From contig CAXHJY010000664.1 of NCBI GenBank assembly GCA_964016885.1, positions 1-64,000 on the forward strand: a stretch of DNA of 64,000 nucleotides, in the 5' to 3' direction. This stretch comes from Eledone cirrhosa. Taxonomy: Eukaryota. This document shows positions 1 to 13,785 of the stretch, piece by piece (the first letter of the stretch is position 1; every line of letters starts with the position of its first letter). The notes beneath the pieces are model-generated. The model was not told where the DNA came from and searched no databases. It worked only from the letters and a program-made list of their open reading frames with translations. The position numbers and the translations under genes were made by a program.

Positions 1-20
1 TACTACGACTGCATTATATT

Positions 21-152
21 CCACCGAGGTAAGCTTTACTTTTATATCCTTACAGGGTCAATAAAACAAAGTACCAGTAACACATTGGGTCGATTTAATC
101 TGGTTCACCTCACCCCCAAATTGTTGTCCTTGTGCCTAAATCAAACATCATT
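21..152 (+). mobile_element. tRNA-derived SINE, 3' half
   Basis: Degenerate match to the window's main SINE body (ccaccgagg...atccttacagggtcaataaaacaaagtaccag...ccttgtgcctaaatc). Confidence 0.75.
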
Positions 153-1040
153 AATATTGTATGTTTTTTGTTCCAATACTGCAAAAGTTTGCAATGATTT
201 ACTAAATAATAATTACCCTATAGACATTTGAATTAAGCAACCAGGTGAAAACAATAGAAAGACATTCTTCAAAGGTAAACACAGAACCCCGACTGCATTA
301 CATTAATATTGAAGGTGTTTATTCCAGTACTGTAAAAGCGTGCACTGATTTACCAAATAATAATTATACTATAGACTTTTGAATTAACCGACCAGGTGAA
401 ACCACATAAGAAAGACATTCTTGAAAGGTGTAACACAGTACCCGACTACATTACATTAATATTTAAGGTCTTTATTCAAGTAATGCAAAAGTATGCAATG
501 ATTTACTAAATAATTGTTTCTACTTTTGTCACAAGGCCAGCAATTATCCCAGTGTATTACTGGTACTTTATTTTATCGACCCCGTAAGGATGAAAGGTAA
601 AGGTACTATAGATAAGTAATTATGTTTTGAAACAGGAGCGAGTTTGAAATTAGAAATAGAAGCTTTGAATGGAAGGAGATGGGCGATATATTGGTTTAAT
701 GGTAGCACAGTGGTCTGGATAACCAAAGATGTGGTTCGACTCACATGTACGTCAATTCTGAACTTTTTCCATTTCTTAGAGGCTTCTAACCCTACTGTCA
801 GGCTAAAATGTCTTCAGTAAATAAATACGGCGAAAGCTTCTATTTCTAATTTATACTATAGATATTTGAATTAACCAACCAGGTTAAACCTCAATAGAAA
901 TACATTCTTGAAAGGTAATCACAGTACTTCGATTGCATTACATTAATATTGCATATTTTTAATCTAATACTGCAAATGTTGACAAAGATCCCTCCACTGA
1001 TAAAGATAATATAAACATTTGACTTAACAGATCAGTTTTA
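152..1040. repeat. Degenerate ~150-bp tandem repeat interrupted by other elements
   Basis: Unit tatagacatttgaattaa...ccaggtgaaa...gaaagacattcttgaaagg...cacagtac..gactgcattacattaatatt recurs near 219, 370 and 856; partial units near 480 and 960. Confidence 0.75.
510..603 (-). mobile_element. SINE 3' fragment
   Basis: ttgtttctacttttgtcacaaggccagcaatt...actggtactttattttatcgaccccgtaaggatgaaagg is the reverse complement of the SINE tail. Confidence 0.85.
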
Positions 1041-1229
1041 ACCGTTTAACATTTAAACCAGCCGTATCCGGCCAAAATTCTCTCACCTCTTTCTGTTCAA
1101 ACCGACCGTAATCGGCTGCTTATACGTATGTTAAGGCATTGTTCTCAAAATATAGTAGATCTGTGTCAATGAGCTGCTCAACATTTCTAAACTCAAGACC
1201 AATTTCATCAGTTGTTAAGTCAAGAGTAC

Positions 1230-1430
1230 TCAAAATATACGGTCACATAAAAAGATCAACTCGTGGTGTGAGTAGGTTATGCCTAGAAGAAAAGTTGACT
1301 GGTAAGAGAAGCAGAGGCCGGCAGCCAAATCGATGGCTTGATAATGTCAACTTATGGATTGGACTTGATCTTTGAACTCTGCTGCTGGTGATCGAACTTT
1401 GTGGAGAAAAATATCTCATGTTGATGCGCA
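1230..1430 (+). mobile_element. RTE-clade LINE 3' remnant
   Basis: Translation YGHIKR...LEEKLTGKRSRGRQPNRWLDNV fits the RTE C-terminal GHxxR...GxRxRGRxxxRWxD motif. Confidence 0.7.
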
Positions 1431-1853
1431 GTTTCAACTGGCAGATTTTAGCGTCAAAGAAGAAGAGATAATTATGTGAGATAAAATGTTTACTGTGAAA
1501 ATACAATAGTAAATATAGAGTAATGTAAATGTTAAAGTTTAAGATAGTTTCTTCTAAACCATAACAGGACTTTAAGAGTTAATCCCTTATCGTAAATCTT
1601 TACAGGACAGGTATCAACTTGTAACAGTTTATACAGGACATCAATTGTTTATCGATCTCACTATATATGGAGGAGGACTTTGTAGAATATTGTTATTGGG
1701 TCTGATTTACCCCCTTCCTCTTCCTATTCTATCAAAAGAAAGACATATAACAGATACATACATACATAGACACGCATACACACATGGGTGTGTGGGTATG
1801 CATATATCTATATGTGTCTATCTTTATACGCACACACACACTCCTATATATAC

Positions 1854-1884
<31 letters not shown>

Positions 1885-2465
1885 TCTACGTAGAAATCCA
1901 CACACACAGAATACACTCCCTATATATACATGCACACACACACACACACATACACTCTCTCTCTCTGTATATATATATCCTTCCAAAACCTATTAATTAA
2001 TCAAGCAGCTGCCTTTGTCATTTTACATGTCTAAACACACCACAATTACACACACCTACCTCCAACGACAACACACAGAGACAGAGATAGTAAATTGATA
2101 GCAATACCAATAGCATTTTACATTTACATCTTAATTAATATTACAGTGATTCTCCAATGAAAAGGGAGATTACGATTGTAAGCAGTTGTTAGTGTGACTA
2201 TCAACTTTATCCTGCATTTAAATGTAATTGCTTCTAATTATGTCGATGTTTCGATCGCTGGAAGATAATCACGCTAATAAGATGTGTAACAGAACGCAGG
2301 AAATACATTGGAAGATTGGGCTGGGCTGGGTCGGTCTTTAATCAGTATACTGGTACATCCATGGGCCCTTAAGTATTAATTGAATTGTAGGGGCGCTGTC
2401 TTGGGGATTTAAACATGCTGGAGCTTATTCCTTTCTAGGTTTTAGAGAACACAGACGAATTTTCC

Positions 2466-2491
2466 AGAGAGAGAAAGAGAGCGAGCTGAAT

Positions 2492-2569
<78 letters not shown>

Positions 2570-2729
2570 AAATAGACAGAAAGAGAGCGAGTTGAATAGA
2601 GAGAGAGAGAGCGTGTTGAATAGAGAGAAAGTGAGAAAGAGAGCGAGTTGAATAGAGAGAAAGAGAGCGAGTTGAATAGAGAGAAAGAGAGCGAGTTGAA
2701 TAGAGAGAGAGAGAGAATGAGAGCGAGTT

Positions 2730-2782
<53 letters not shown>

Positions 2783-2800
2783 GAGATAGAAAGAGAAGGA
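2466..2800. repeat. (GA)n microsatellite with interspersed ~24-bp gagagcgagttgaatagaga units
   Basis: Direct inspection. Confidence 0.9.
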
Positions 2801-3021
2801 AAGATAAAAAGAGTGAATTAAATGGATGGTGAAATAAAGAGAAATAAATAGTGAGAGGAGAGAAAGACAAAATTTACACCCAGTACAAGACTGTTACTTT
2901 ATTTATCGACCTCCATAAAAATGAAAGGCGAGATTTAGAGCAGAGAGCCATAGTCGAGTTTGTGGAAACATTGAGCAGTTGAAATAGAATACCAATCCTG
3001 TGATGGCCACACATCTCAGGA

Positions 3022-3212
3022 CTGGGTTGAATTGGCAGTATCGGTAGACGGTCGGACGCCATGCTTTGACGCATAGAGTTGCGACCCTTGCCATTCTGAA
3101 TTCAAATCCCACCGAGGTTAACTTTGCCTTTCATCCTTACGGGGTCGATAAAATAAAGTACCAGCAATGTACGGGGTATTTGCTGGCCTTGTGCCAATAG
3201 TAGAAACAATTA
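3022..3212 (+). mobile_element. Full-length tRNA-derived SINE
   Basis: A-box-like tggcagtatcggt, B-box-like gaattcaaatccc, body gcctttcatccttacggggtcgataaaataaagtaccag, tail ggccttgtgccaatagtagaaacaatta. Confidence 0.9.
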
Positions 3213-3357
3213 TACTTATTCAACCTCGAAAAGGTAAAACAAAGTTGACCTCACACAGAACCAAGAGGACAGAGTTCCAAAATCCATAACTAAGGCGAGG
3301 TTGTTTCATTATGCCTTTCATTCTGTTTACGTGCAAATATTTCAATCGTTGACAATA

Positions 3358-3460
3358 GAATGTGATTAGAATGTCTGAGGTAAGAATAGCTGGACAGATT
3401 TTACGGGCAAAACCAAGAGGTAGGAGACCCAGTAGTAGACCCCAAGCAAGATGGTCGTAG
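3358..3460 (+). mobile_element. RTE-clade LINE 3' remnant
   Basis: Translates as NVIRMSEVRIAGQILRAKPRGRRPSSRPQARWS*, resembling an RTE C-terminus. Confidence 0.6.
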
Positions 3461-3471
3461 GTATTTATGTA

Positions 3472-3531
<60 letters not shown>

Positions 3532-3624
3532 CATAAACAGTTATATATATATATATATATATATATCAAATAAGAGTGGTTCAGAAAGAATCATTAAGAC
3601 GCAGTTATTTCATCATAATTGTTT

Positions 3625-3680
3625 ATTACATGATATATACTTCTGTTACATGGTTATTCGTGTAATTTCATCAGATTCTT
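3625..3680 (-). ncRNA. Degenerate hammerhead-like motif
   Basis: Minus strand CTGATGA-aa-ttaca(10 nt)tgtaa-ca-GAAG-T-ATAT-A-TC, then AATAAA; GAAA changed to GAAG and stem I weak. Confidence 0.4.
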
Positions 3681-3784
3681 ACGCAATCGTAGGTGCAGTT
3701 ATGCAACCTTTGTTTTATGCTGCTTGCCATGTATAACTATCCTATAGTGATGCCAGCAGACATACGAGTCTCTTACCTATGAGC

Positions 3785-3836
<52 letters not shown>

Positions 3837-3907
3837 ATAGGACGGAGGGACAGACAGACAGAAAGATAGATAGACGACAGAGAGATAGAGAGATAGATAG
3901 ATAGATA

Positions 3908-4412
3908 TGTTTCTTTATTAGCCACAAGGGCACAAAAGAAGGGGACAAATACAAAGAGGGAAGTTTACATACAATAAAAACGTGTAAAATGTTATCACAA
4001 ATGCAATTTAAAAACTTGATTTTCCACAATAGGGGAAGACAGTTTATATGGGTAACACATACCCCCGAAAAAATGTGCAACCCTCATCTCCAGGAGTACG
4101 AAGAGTTTGTACTCCTTTCCTCTCCTCCTCCTTTTCCTCAACCTACAGGCTGATATAGAGAGAAGGCCCATTCACTCGGGCCATTCTCGCCACTTTCACC
4201 CACCTTTCATAAAACTTGCTGGGGTACAGCACCTCTCTCTCCATCCTGATTCTTCTTCCAAAGTGGTATTTGAAAAAAGAATCAGTTGTTGGCCGGAGAG
4301 AAAGGTGTCTGACCTCAGCCCTTTCAACCTTGTCCACCATACAACCTCTTTCGCCATAGCTATCACACAAAGGAAAACCGCCTCTCCTTCGTTTTTGAAG
4401 TGGGGTGGCGGT
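3908..4412 (-). mobile_element. Tx1/L1-like LINE 3' end (ORF2 C-terminus plus 3' UTR)
   Basis: AVFLCVIAMAKEVVWWTRLKG...(frameshift)FFKYHFGRRIRMEREVL...FYERWVKV; AATAAA at the 3' end; GATA repeats on both sides. Confidence 0.65.
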
Positions 4413-4635
4413 TTGATAGATAGATGGATAGATAAAATTCCTTTTGGCTGACTCAGAGATACATCGAATTTTGGCATCCAAAATGACTGAGGCTGGACTT
4501 TATAATTTGACCTAAGAATTGCGTTTATATGAGGATTTGAACAAACCACTGAAACTATTGTAGAATGACGCAACTGAATGAAATGCAATTATCCTCATAC
4601 AGTTTTATTGTGATATGTTGAGATAGATACTATAG

Positions 4636-6585
<1,950 letters not shown>

Positions 6586-6620
6586 TATTTGTATATATAT
6601 ATATATATATATATATATAA

Positions 6621-6938
6621 TCTACCTCATCTAGAATAAGAAGTAGATATTGCAATAGCCTGGGATTCAAGGGCCCTCAACTCTTCAACAGGCTGCCGAG
6701 GGATCTGAGATATCAGCATGACGTGGAGGTGGATGCCTTCAAGAAACATCTCGACACCTTGTTATCCAGGATCCCGGATGAGCCCACAGCAAGACACGAG
6801 GGAAACCTAAGGGCAGCAGCAACTAACTCCCTCTTACACCAGTGGCCAACCTATACAGGCTGGAGATAAAATGTGTAGCAACAAGGGCGGTGCCCCAGCA
6901 TGGCCTCAGCCGGATGGCTGAAACAGGTAAAAGAGTAT
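6621..6938 (+). mobile_element. CR1-group LINE 3' end (second family)
   Basis: Encodes ...[21 protein letters not shown]...[16 protein letters not shown]; 3' UTR ggcggtgccccagcatggc...gtaaaagagta; near-identical to part of 21105-21612. Confidence 0.85.
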
Positions 6939-6969
6939 TATATATTTGTGTATATATATATAATATTTG

Positions 6970-7032
<63 letters not shown>

Positions 7033-7058
7033 GTATATATATATATATATATAATATT

Positions 7059-7090
<32 letters not shown>

Positions 7091-7120
7091 GTATATATAT
7101 ATATATATATATAATATTTG

Positions 7121-7151
<31 letters not shown>

Positions 7152-7225
7152 TGTATATATATATATATAATATTTGTATATATATATATATATAATATTT
7201 GTATATATATATATATATATATATT

Positions 7226-7295
<70 letters not shown>

Positions 7296-7440
7296 TGTAT
7301 ATATATATATATATAATATTTGTATATATATATATATATACATACATAATATTTGTATATATATATATATATAATATTTGTATATATATATACATACATA
7401 ATATTTGTATATATATATATATAATATTTGTATATATATA
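6939..7440. repeat. (TA)n array punctuated by aatatttg (minisatellite-like); continues at 8018-8228
   Basis: Direct inspection. Confidence 0.9.
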
Positions 7441-7646
7441 TCTATCTATCTAAGGCGGGTAAAATTCCCGAGATCCATGGACGAGTTCTCTCCAGCGGTC
7501 TCTGTCCCTCATTATCGCTGCCATATCCTGCATCTCCAACAGATCAGTGTCTGTCCTTAGGGCATCAACATATGTTAACCTTGGTCTTCCACTTCTAGTG
7601 TGTCCATGTAGGGGCTCCCAAAGGAGCACTGAGTGCAATGTCAACT
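7441..7646 (-). mobile_element. RTE LINE 3' end with (TAGA)n tail
   Basis: LTLHSVLLWEPLHGHTRSGRPRLTYVDAL...RDRDRWRELV...*, followed by tagatagataga. Confidence 0.85.
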
Positions 7647-7654
7647 GAGTGCAA

Positions 7655-8015
7655 TGGGAGCAAAGATTGTGAGTACGGAAGATGATGTGGTTGAGAGGAA
7701 GAGCAAGGCCTGGGCGGCGTGTCACAGCTTGAGATCGGTGTGGAAGTCGGACCTTCGTAGAGACCTGAAAATCCGCCTCTTCATTGCTGTAGTGGAGTCT
7801 GTGCTGCTGTATGGGTCTGAGACTTGGACACTGACCAAGAGACTCACTCAGATGGTGGATGGGTGCTACACGAGAAAGCTGAGGATGGCTCTGAACATTA
7901 ATCAGTATACAATGAGGATGAAAAACTCAGAGCTGTATGGGAGCATCCCAAAAGTCAGCTCAAAAGTGACACAGAGGAGACTGAGGTTGGCTGGACATGC
8001 TCACCGACATCCAGA

Positions 8016-8017
<2 letters not shown>
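7655..8017 (+). mobile_element. Inverted internal segment of the same RTE element
   Basis: KAWAACHSLRSVWKSDLRRDLKIRLFIAVVESVLLYGSETWTL...[13 protein letters not shown]; ends where the minus-strand piece begins. Confidence 0.85.
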
Positions 8018-8099
<82 letters not shown>

Positions 8100-8169
8100 G
8101 TATATATATATATATATTATATATTTGTATATATATATATATATATATTATATATTTGTATATATATAT

Positions 8170-8229
<60 letters not shown>

Positions 8230-8343
8230 GAGTAAATTCTCTACGGTGTGCGAAATTTTGCATGCCTTTTTCAACGATATCGGCCATACGATTTCACTAA
8301 AAGGTATACCAACTACCATGTCCTCACCGCTGGCGCTCATGTT

Positions 8344-8381
8344 ATCTTTTGACGAAGGACCAGTGTCCGAAATGTAAAGAT
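8344..8381 (+). ncRNA. Minimal hammerhead-like motif (degenerate)
   Basis: atctt-TTGACGA-a-gga(ccagtg)tcc-GAAA-TGTA-aagat; perfect 5-bp stem I; first core C changed to T. Confidence 0.55.
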
Positions 8382-8460
8382 CATTTACTATATCTAGCGT
8401 TAAAGAAATATATTCCTTCATTGTACTGTGTTGTATAATTTAAAGTTTCCGTTTAATTCT

Positions 8461-8505
<45 letters not shown>

Positions 8506-8508
<3 letters not shown>

Positions 8509-8594
8509 GTCCGATGAGCATGAGAATCCAGAGTCGGGCCAGATTGATTCAGAACGAACCCTGAGCTGATCAAAAGCGAAACGTGCATCACTAT
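8506..8594 (+). ncRNA. Hammerhead-like motif with long stem II insert (degenerate)
   Basis: atagt-CCGATGA-gc(56 nt)gc-GAAA-C-GTGC-A-TC-actat; related partial copy at 40171-40238 (-). Confidence 0.5.
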
Positions 8595-8627
8595 TTCATA
8601 AACAAAATGAAGACAAAATCGTCATTC

Positions 8628-8679
<52 letters not shown>

Positions 8680-8813
8680 ATATACACACACATATATATA
8701 TATAAAGATAGTTAGATAGATATAGATATATAATATATATACATATAGATATATACATATATATATATAGATATATACATATATATATATAGATAGATAT
8801 ATACATATATATA

Positions 8814-9111
<298 letters not shown>

Positions 9112-9635
9112 CTGGCAGTCCTCCTCAAACACATTTACACATACATATATGTGCGTGCATGTGTGTAATTTTTGTTTGTGTATATTCGTTTATGTTTCGA
9201 TACGTGTGTGTTGGTGTGTTGGTGTATATGGTTGTGCGAATATATATCTGCGAAACAGTGCACCGAGGCATATGTGTGTGTGTGTGTGTGCGATTGTGCT
9301 TGTATGTGTGGCCCTTCAATTTATCTGCAAATATAAGAGTACCTTCATATGTGAGTGTGTGTATGCATGTGTGTTCATATATATGTATTTATGTTTACAT
9401 GGGTGAGTGTGTTTGAGCGTATACGTGTTTGCGTTTATGCATATTTATGTGTACATGCTTGTATGTAGCGATGTCTGCATATGTATGAATGTATGTAGGC
9501 TAGTATGTATGTGTGTATGTTAGTATGTATGTGTGTATGTGCATGTGGATGCACAGATGTGTAAGCAATAAACCATGAAATGAGGGATGTGACATTTGAA
9601 CTTGCTACAGTCATTTTCACACATTCACTGCACAT

Positions 9636-9890
9636 CAACACCACCCCTTAACCTCGACAGCACACTCACCAACACCACCACCCCTTAGCCTCAACACCAC
9701 CAACACCATCAACACCACCCCTTAACCCCGACACCACCAACACGACGAACACCACCCCTTAACCTCGACACCACCAACACCACACCTTAACCTCGACACC
9801 ACCAACACCATCAACACCACCCTTAACCCCGACACCACCCCTTAACCTCGACACCACCAACACCAACCCTTAACCTCGACACCACCACAC
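9636..9890. repeat. Minisatellite caccacccttaacctcgacaccaccaa
   Basis: About 8 variant copies. Confidence 0.85.
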
Positions 9891-10449
9891 TTACCAAAAC
9901 CACCACCACCACCACCACTATCATTACTGTACGTCAGAACCACGACCCAACCACCATTATATTCACCACAAACACCACCACAAATCTGAATACAAGCCCC
10001 ACCACCACCACACAAAACACCACCACACCCACCACCACACCCACCACCACCAGCTTTATTGCTCATCAACACTACGACGTAACCCCGACAGCGAAAACAC
10101 CGCAACCCAGCCAACTCCACAACCTAGCCAGCATCGTCACCACCAATACCACCACCATACACACCACCACCACAACCACCGCCATCAACATCATCACCAC
10201 ACCCATAACACCACCACCACCACCACCACCATCACAATCCTCAACACCAACCATGTGCAACATCTATCACTACTATATAACATGTGTGAGAGTCCCAAAT
10301 ACATAACTGTATGGCAATAGCAGTCGCTAGCAATAAACAATAGTTGAGAAAATTGGGGAAATTACGCCTGGAAACGGAAATAATTAGACTGAGGTGGCTA
10401 TATAACTATATGTGTGTGTGCGTGTATGTGTGCCTGCGTTCATGTATGC

Positions 10450-10525
<76 letters not shown>

Positions 10526-10527
<2 letters not shown>

Positions 10528-11420
10528 ATCTGTCTGTGTGTATGCACGTCTCTGCGCCTGTGTGCCTATGTGTCAGTCCGTATGTAAGCATGTGTGTCTA
10601 TGCATGTGAGTGACTGTCCTTGTGTAAATATGTGAGTGTGTAAGTGTGTATATCTGTGTGTGTGTATCTGTGTGTGTATATGTGTGTGTGTGTATGTGTG
10701 TCCATCTGTCTGTGTGTATGCACGTTTCTGTGCGCGTGTGTGTGCCTGTGTGCCTATGTGTCAGTCCGTATGTAAGCATGTGTGTCTATGCATGTGAGTG
10801 ACTGTCCTTGTGTAAATATGTGAGTGTGTAAGTGTGTATATCTGTGTGTGTGTATCTGTGTGTGTATATCTGTGTGTGTGTGTGTGTGTGTGTGTCCATC
10901 TGTGTGTGTATGCACGTCTCTGTGCCTGTGTGCCTATGTGTCAGTCCGTATGTAAGCATGTGTGTCTATGCATGTGAGTGACTGTCCTTGTGTAAATATG
11001 TGAGTGTGTAAATGTGTATATCTGTGTGTGTGTATCTGTGTGTGTATATCTCTGTGTGTGTGTGTGTGTCCATCTGTGTGTGTATGCACGTCTCTGTGCC
11101 TGTGTGCCTATGTGTCGTCCGTATGTAAGCATGTGTGTCTATATATGTGAGTGACTGTCCTTGTGTAAATATGTGAGTGTGTAAGTGTGTATATCTGTGT
11201 GTGTATATCTGTGTGTGTGTATCTGTGTGTGTATATCTGTGTGTGTGTGTGTGTCCATCTGTCTGTGTGTATGCACGTCTCTGTGCGTGTGTGTGTGTGC
11301 CTATGTGCCTATGTGTCTGTCCGTATGTAAGCATGTGTGTCTATGCATGTGAGTGACTGTCCTGGTGTAAATATGTGAGTGTGTATGTGTGTATATCTGT
11401 GTGTGTGTGTGTGTGTATAT
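10526..11420. repeat. ~180-bp TG-rich tandem repeat, 5 copies
   Basis: ccatctgt...cgtatgtaagcatgtgtgtcta...gagtgactgtcct restarts near 10526, 10702, 10896, 11070 and 11255. Confidence 0.9.
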
Positions 11421-11685
11421 CTGTGTGTGTGTGGGTGTGTGTGTGTGCATATGGCTAATAAAAATTAGACACTCTACTTCAGTATTGAGTTCTGTGAGTG
11501 ATGTTCTTTGAAATAGAACATCGAAGACTAACAAGGCAATATGAAAGGAAAAAAAAAACATGCCAAAAAAAGCTTTATACATACATATATATATATATAC
11601 AGAAGCATGTATATATATATATATATATATGCATGCTTCTGTATATATATGTGATTATACATATATATGTGCATGCATGCTTCTG

Positions 11686-11723
<38 letters not shown>

Positions 11724-11799
11724 CATGCATGCTTCTGTGTATGTGTATATATATATATATATATATATGTGTGCATGCATGCTTCTGTATATATATGTG

Positions 11800-11921
<122 letters not shown>

Positions 11922-12069
11922 AGTGCATTGTCTTCTTTAGTTGTATCTTCTCTCCATGTCAGCATATATGTTATATATATGAGTGTATACATACATACAT
12001 CATACATATATATAGCTATTGCATCTGTAAATATATATTATATATATATATATATATATGCACAGAAAT

Positions 12070-12112
<43 letters not shown>

Positions 12113-12187
12113 GAAATACACACACACACATATATATATATATATGCACAGAAATACACACACGCACATATATATATGCACAGAAAT

Positions 12188-12243
<56 letters not shown>

Positions 12244-12554
12244 TCCACAGGCGTTAACATATACACACATGCACATACATCGACAGGTACATTTGAATAT
12301 AAGTATCTCTATACATATCCTACAACTGACACCACCACCACCCCCCACTCACCTCACCCACAAAGTCCCTACACCAACACCACCACCACACCACCCCTCC
12401 ACCTTCTCTGTAATTTGCAACAATGAGTTTCTATTGAGGCTATTTTTAGAACACCTGTATCTAATTAATAAAGGTGCGTCAGATTTTAAGCAGTTCTGAT
12501 TGCTAATGGAATCACCACCGTTCTGATTCTTATACCTTTAATATCTCAGATGGT

Positions 12555-13664
12555 ATGATGGTGGTGGTGGTGGTGGTGGCATGGTGGTATGGTGGTGGTG
12601 ATATGGTGGTATGGTGGTGGTGGTATGGTGGTATGGTGGTGGTGATATGGTGGTGGTGGTGATGGTGGTGGTGTTGGTATTGGTAGTGGTGGTGTTGGTA
12701 GTGGTGGCGGTGATATGGTGGTGGTGGTGATGGTGGTGGTGTTGGTATTGGTAGTGGTGGTGTTGGTAGTGGTGGCGGTGGTATGGTGGTGGTGGTGGTG
12801 GTATGGTGGTATGGTGGTGGTGATATGGTGGTGGTGGTGATGGTGGTGGTGTTGGTATTGGTAGTGGTGGTGGTGGTGGTGTTGGTATTGGTAGTGGTGG
12901 TGTTGGTAGTGGTGGCGGTGGTATGGTGGTGGTGGTGGTGGTATGGTGGTGGTGTTGGTGGTGGTGGTAGATGGGTTTGTTGGTGTTGGTAGTGGTGGTG
13001 GTGGTGGTGGTATTGGTAGTGGTGGTGGTATTGGTAGTGGTGGTGGTGTTGGTGTTGGTGTTGGTGGTGGCGGTGGTAGATGGGTTTGTTGGTGTTGGTA
13101 GTGGTATTGGTAGTGGTGGTGGCGTTGGTAGTGGTAGTGGTTGTGGCGGTGGTAGTGGTGGTGGTATTGGTAGTGGTGGTGGCGTTGCTAGTGGTAGTGG
13201 TGGTGGTAGTGGTGGTGGTAGTGGTGGTGGTGGTAGATGGGTTTGTTGGTGTTGGTATTGGTGGTAGAAGGAGATGGTGGTGATAGTGGTGGAGTTGATG
13301 GTGGTGATAGTGGTGGGGATGTTAGTGGTTGAGGTGTAGATGGTGGTGGAGATGATGGTGGTGATAGTGGTGGGGGGCTAGTGGTTGAGGTGTAGATGGT
13401 GGTGGAGGTGATGGTGGTGATAGTAGTGGAGGTGGTGGAATTGTTGGAGGTGGTGGCCATAGTAGTGTTGGGTTGATGTAGTTGTGGTGGAGGTGTTAAT
13501 GCTGGTAGTAGTGTTGGTGGTAGAGCTGGTACTTCGTATCAGATGACAATGATGAAGATGATGATGATGATGCCAACTAGAATGATTATGAGGACGATGA
13601 TGATGTTCATGATGATGGCGGCGACGCCGACTAGAATAATTATGAGGGCATGGATGACGATGGC

Positions 13665-13727
<63 letters not shown>

Positions 13728-13780
13728 GATAATAATAGAGATGACGGTGACGACTAGGGCGATGATGGTAATGGAGGACG
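12555..13780. repeat. (GGT)n- and (GAT)n-derived low-complexity arrays
   Basis: Direct inspection. Confidence 0.9.
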
Positions 13781-13785
13781 ATGAC

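Noticed and set aside
685-750. tRNA-like A/B boxes (also ~28170-28200 on the minus strand)
   Set aside because: No cloverleaf; at most decayed SINE heads.
8229-8421. Non-repetitive minus-strand ORF segment [10 protein letters not shown]...
   Set aside because: No recognisable protein; overlaps a dispersed hammerhead-bearing repeat on the opposite strand.
9640-9890. cccttaacc as a telomere-like repeat
   Set aside because: Single words within a longer minisatellite unit, not tandem TTAGGG.
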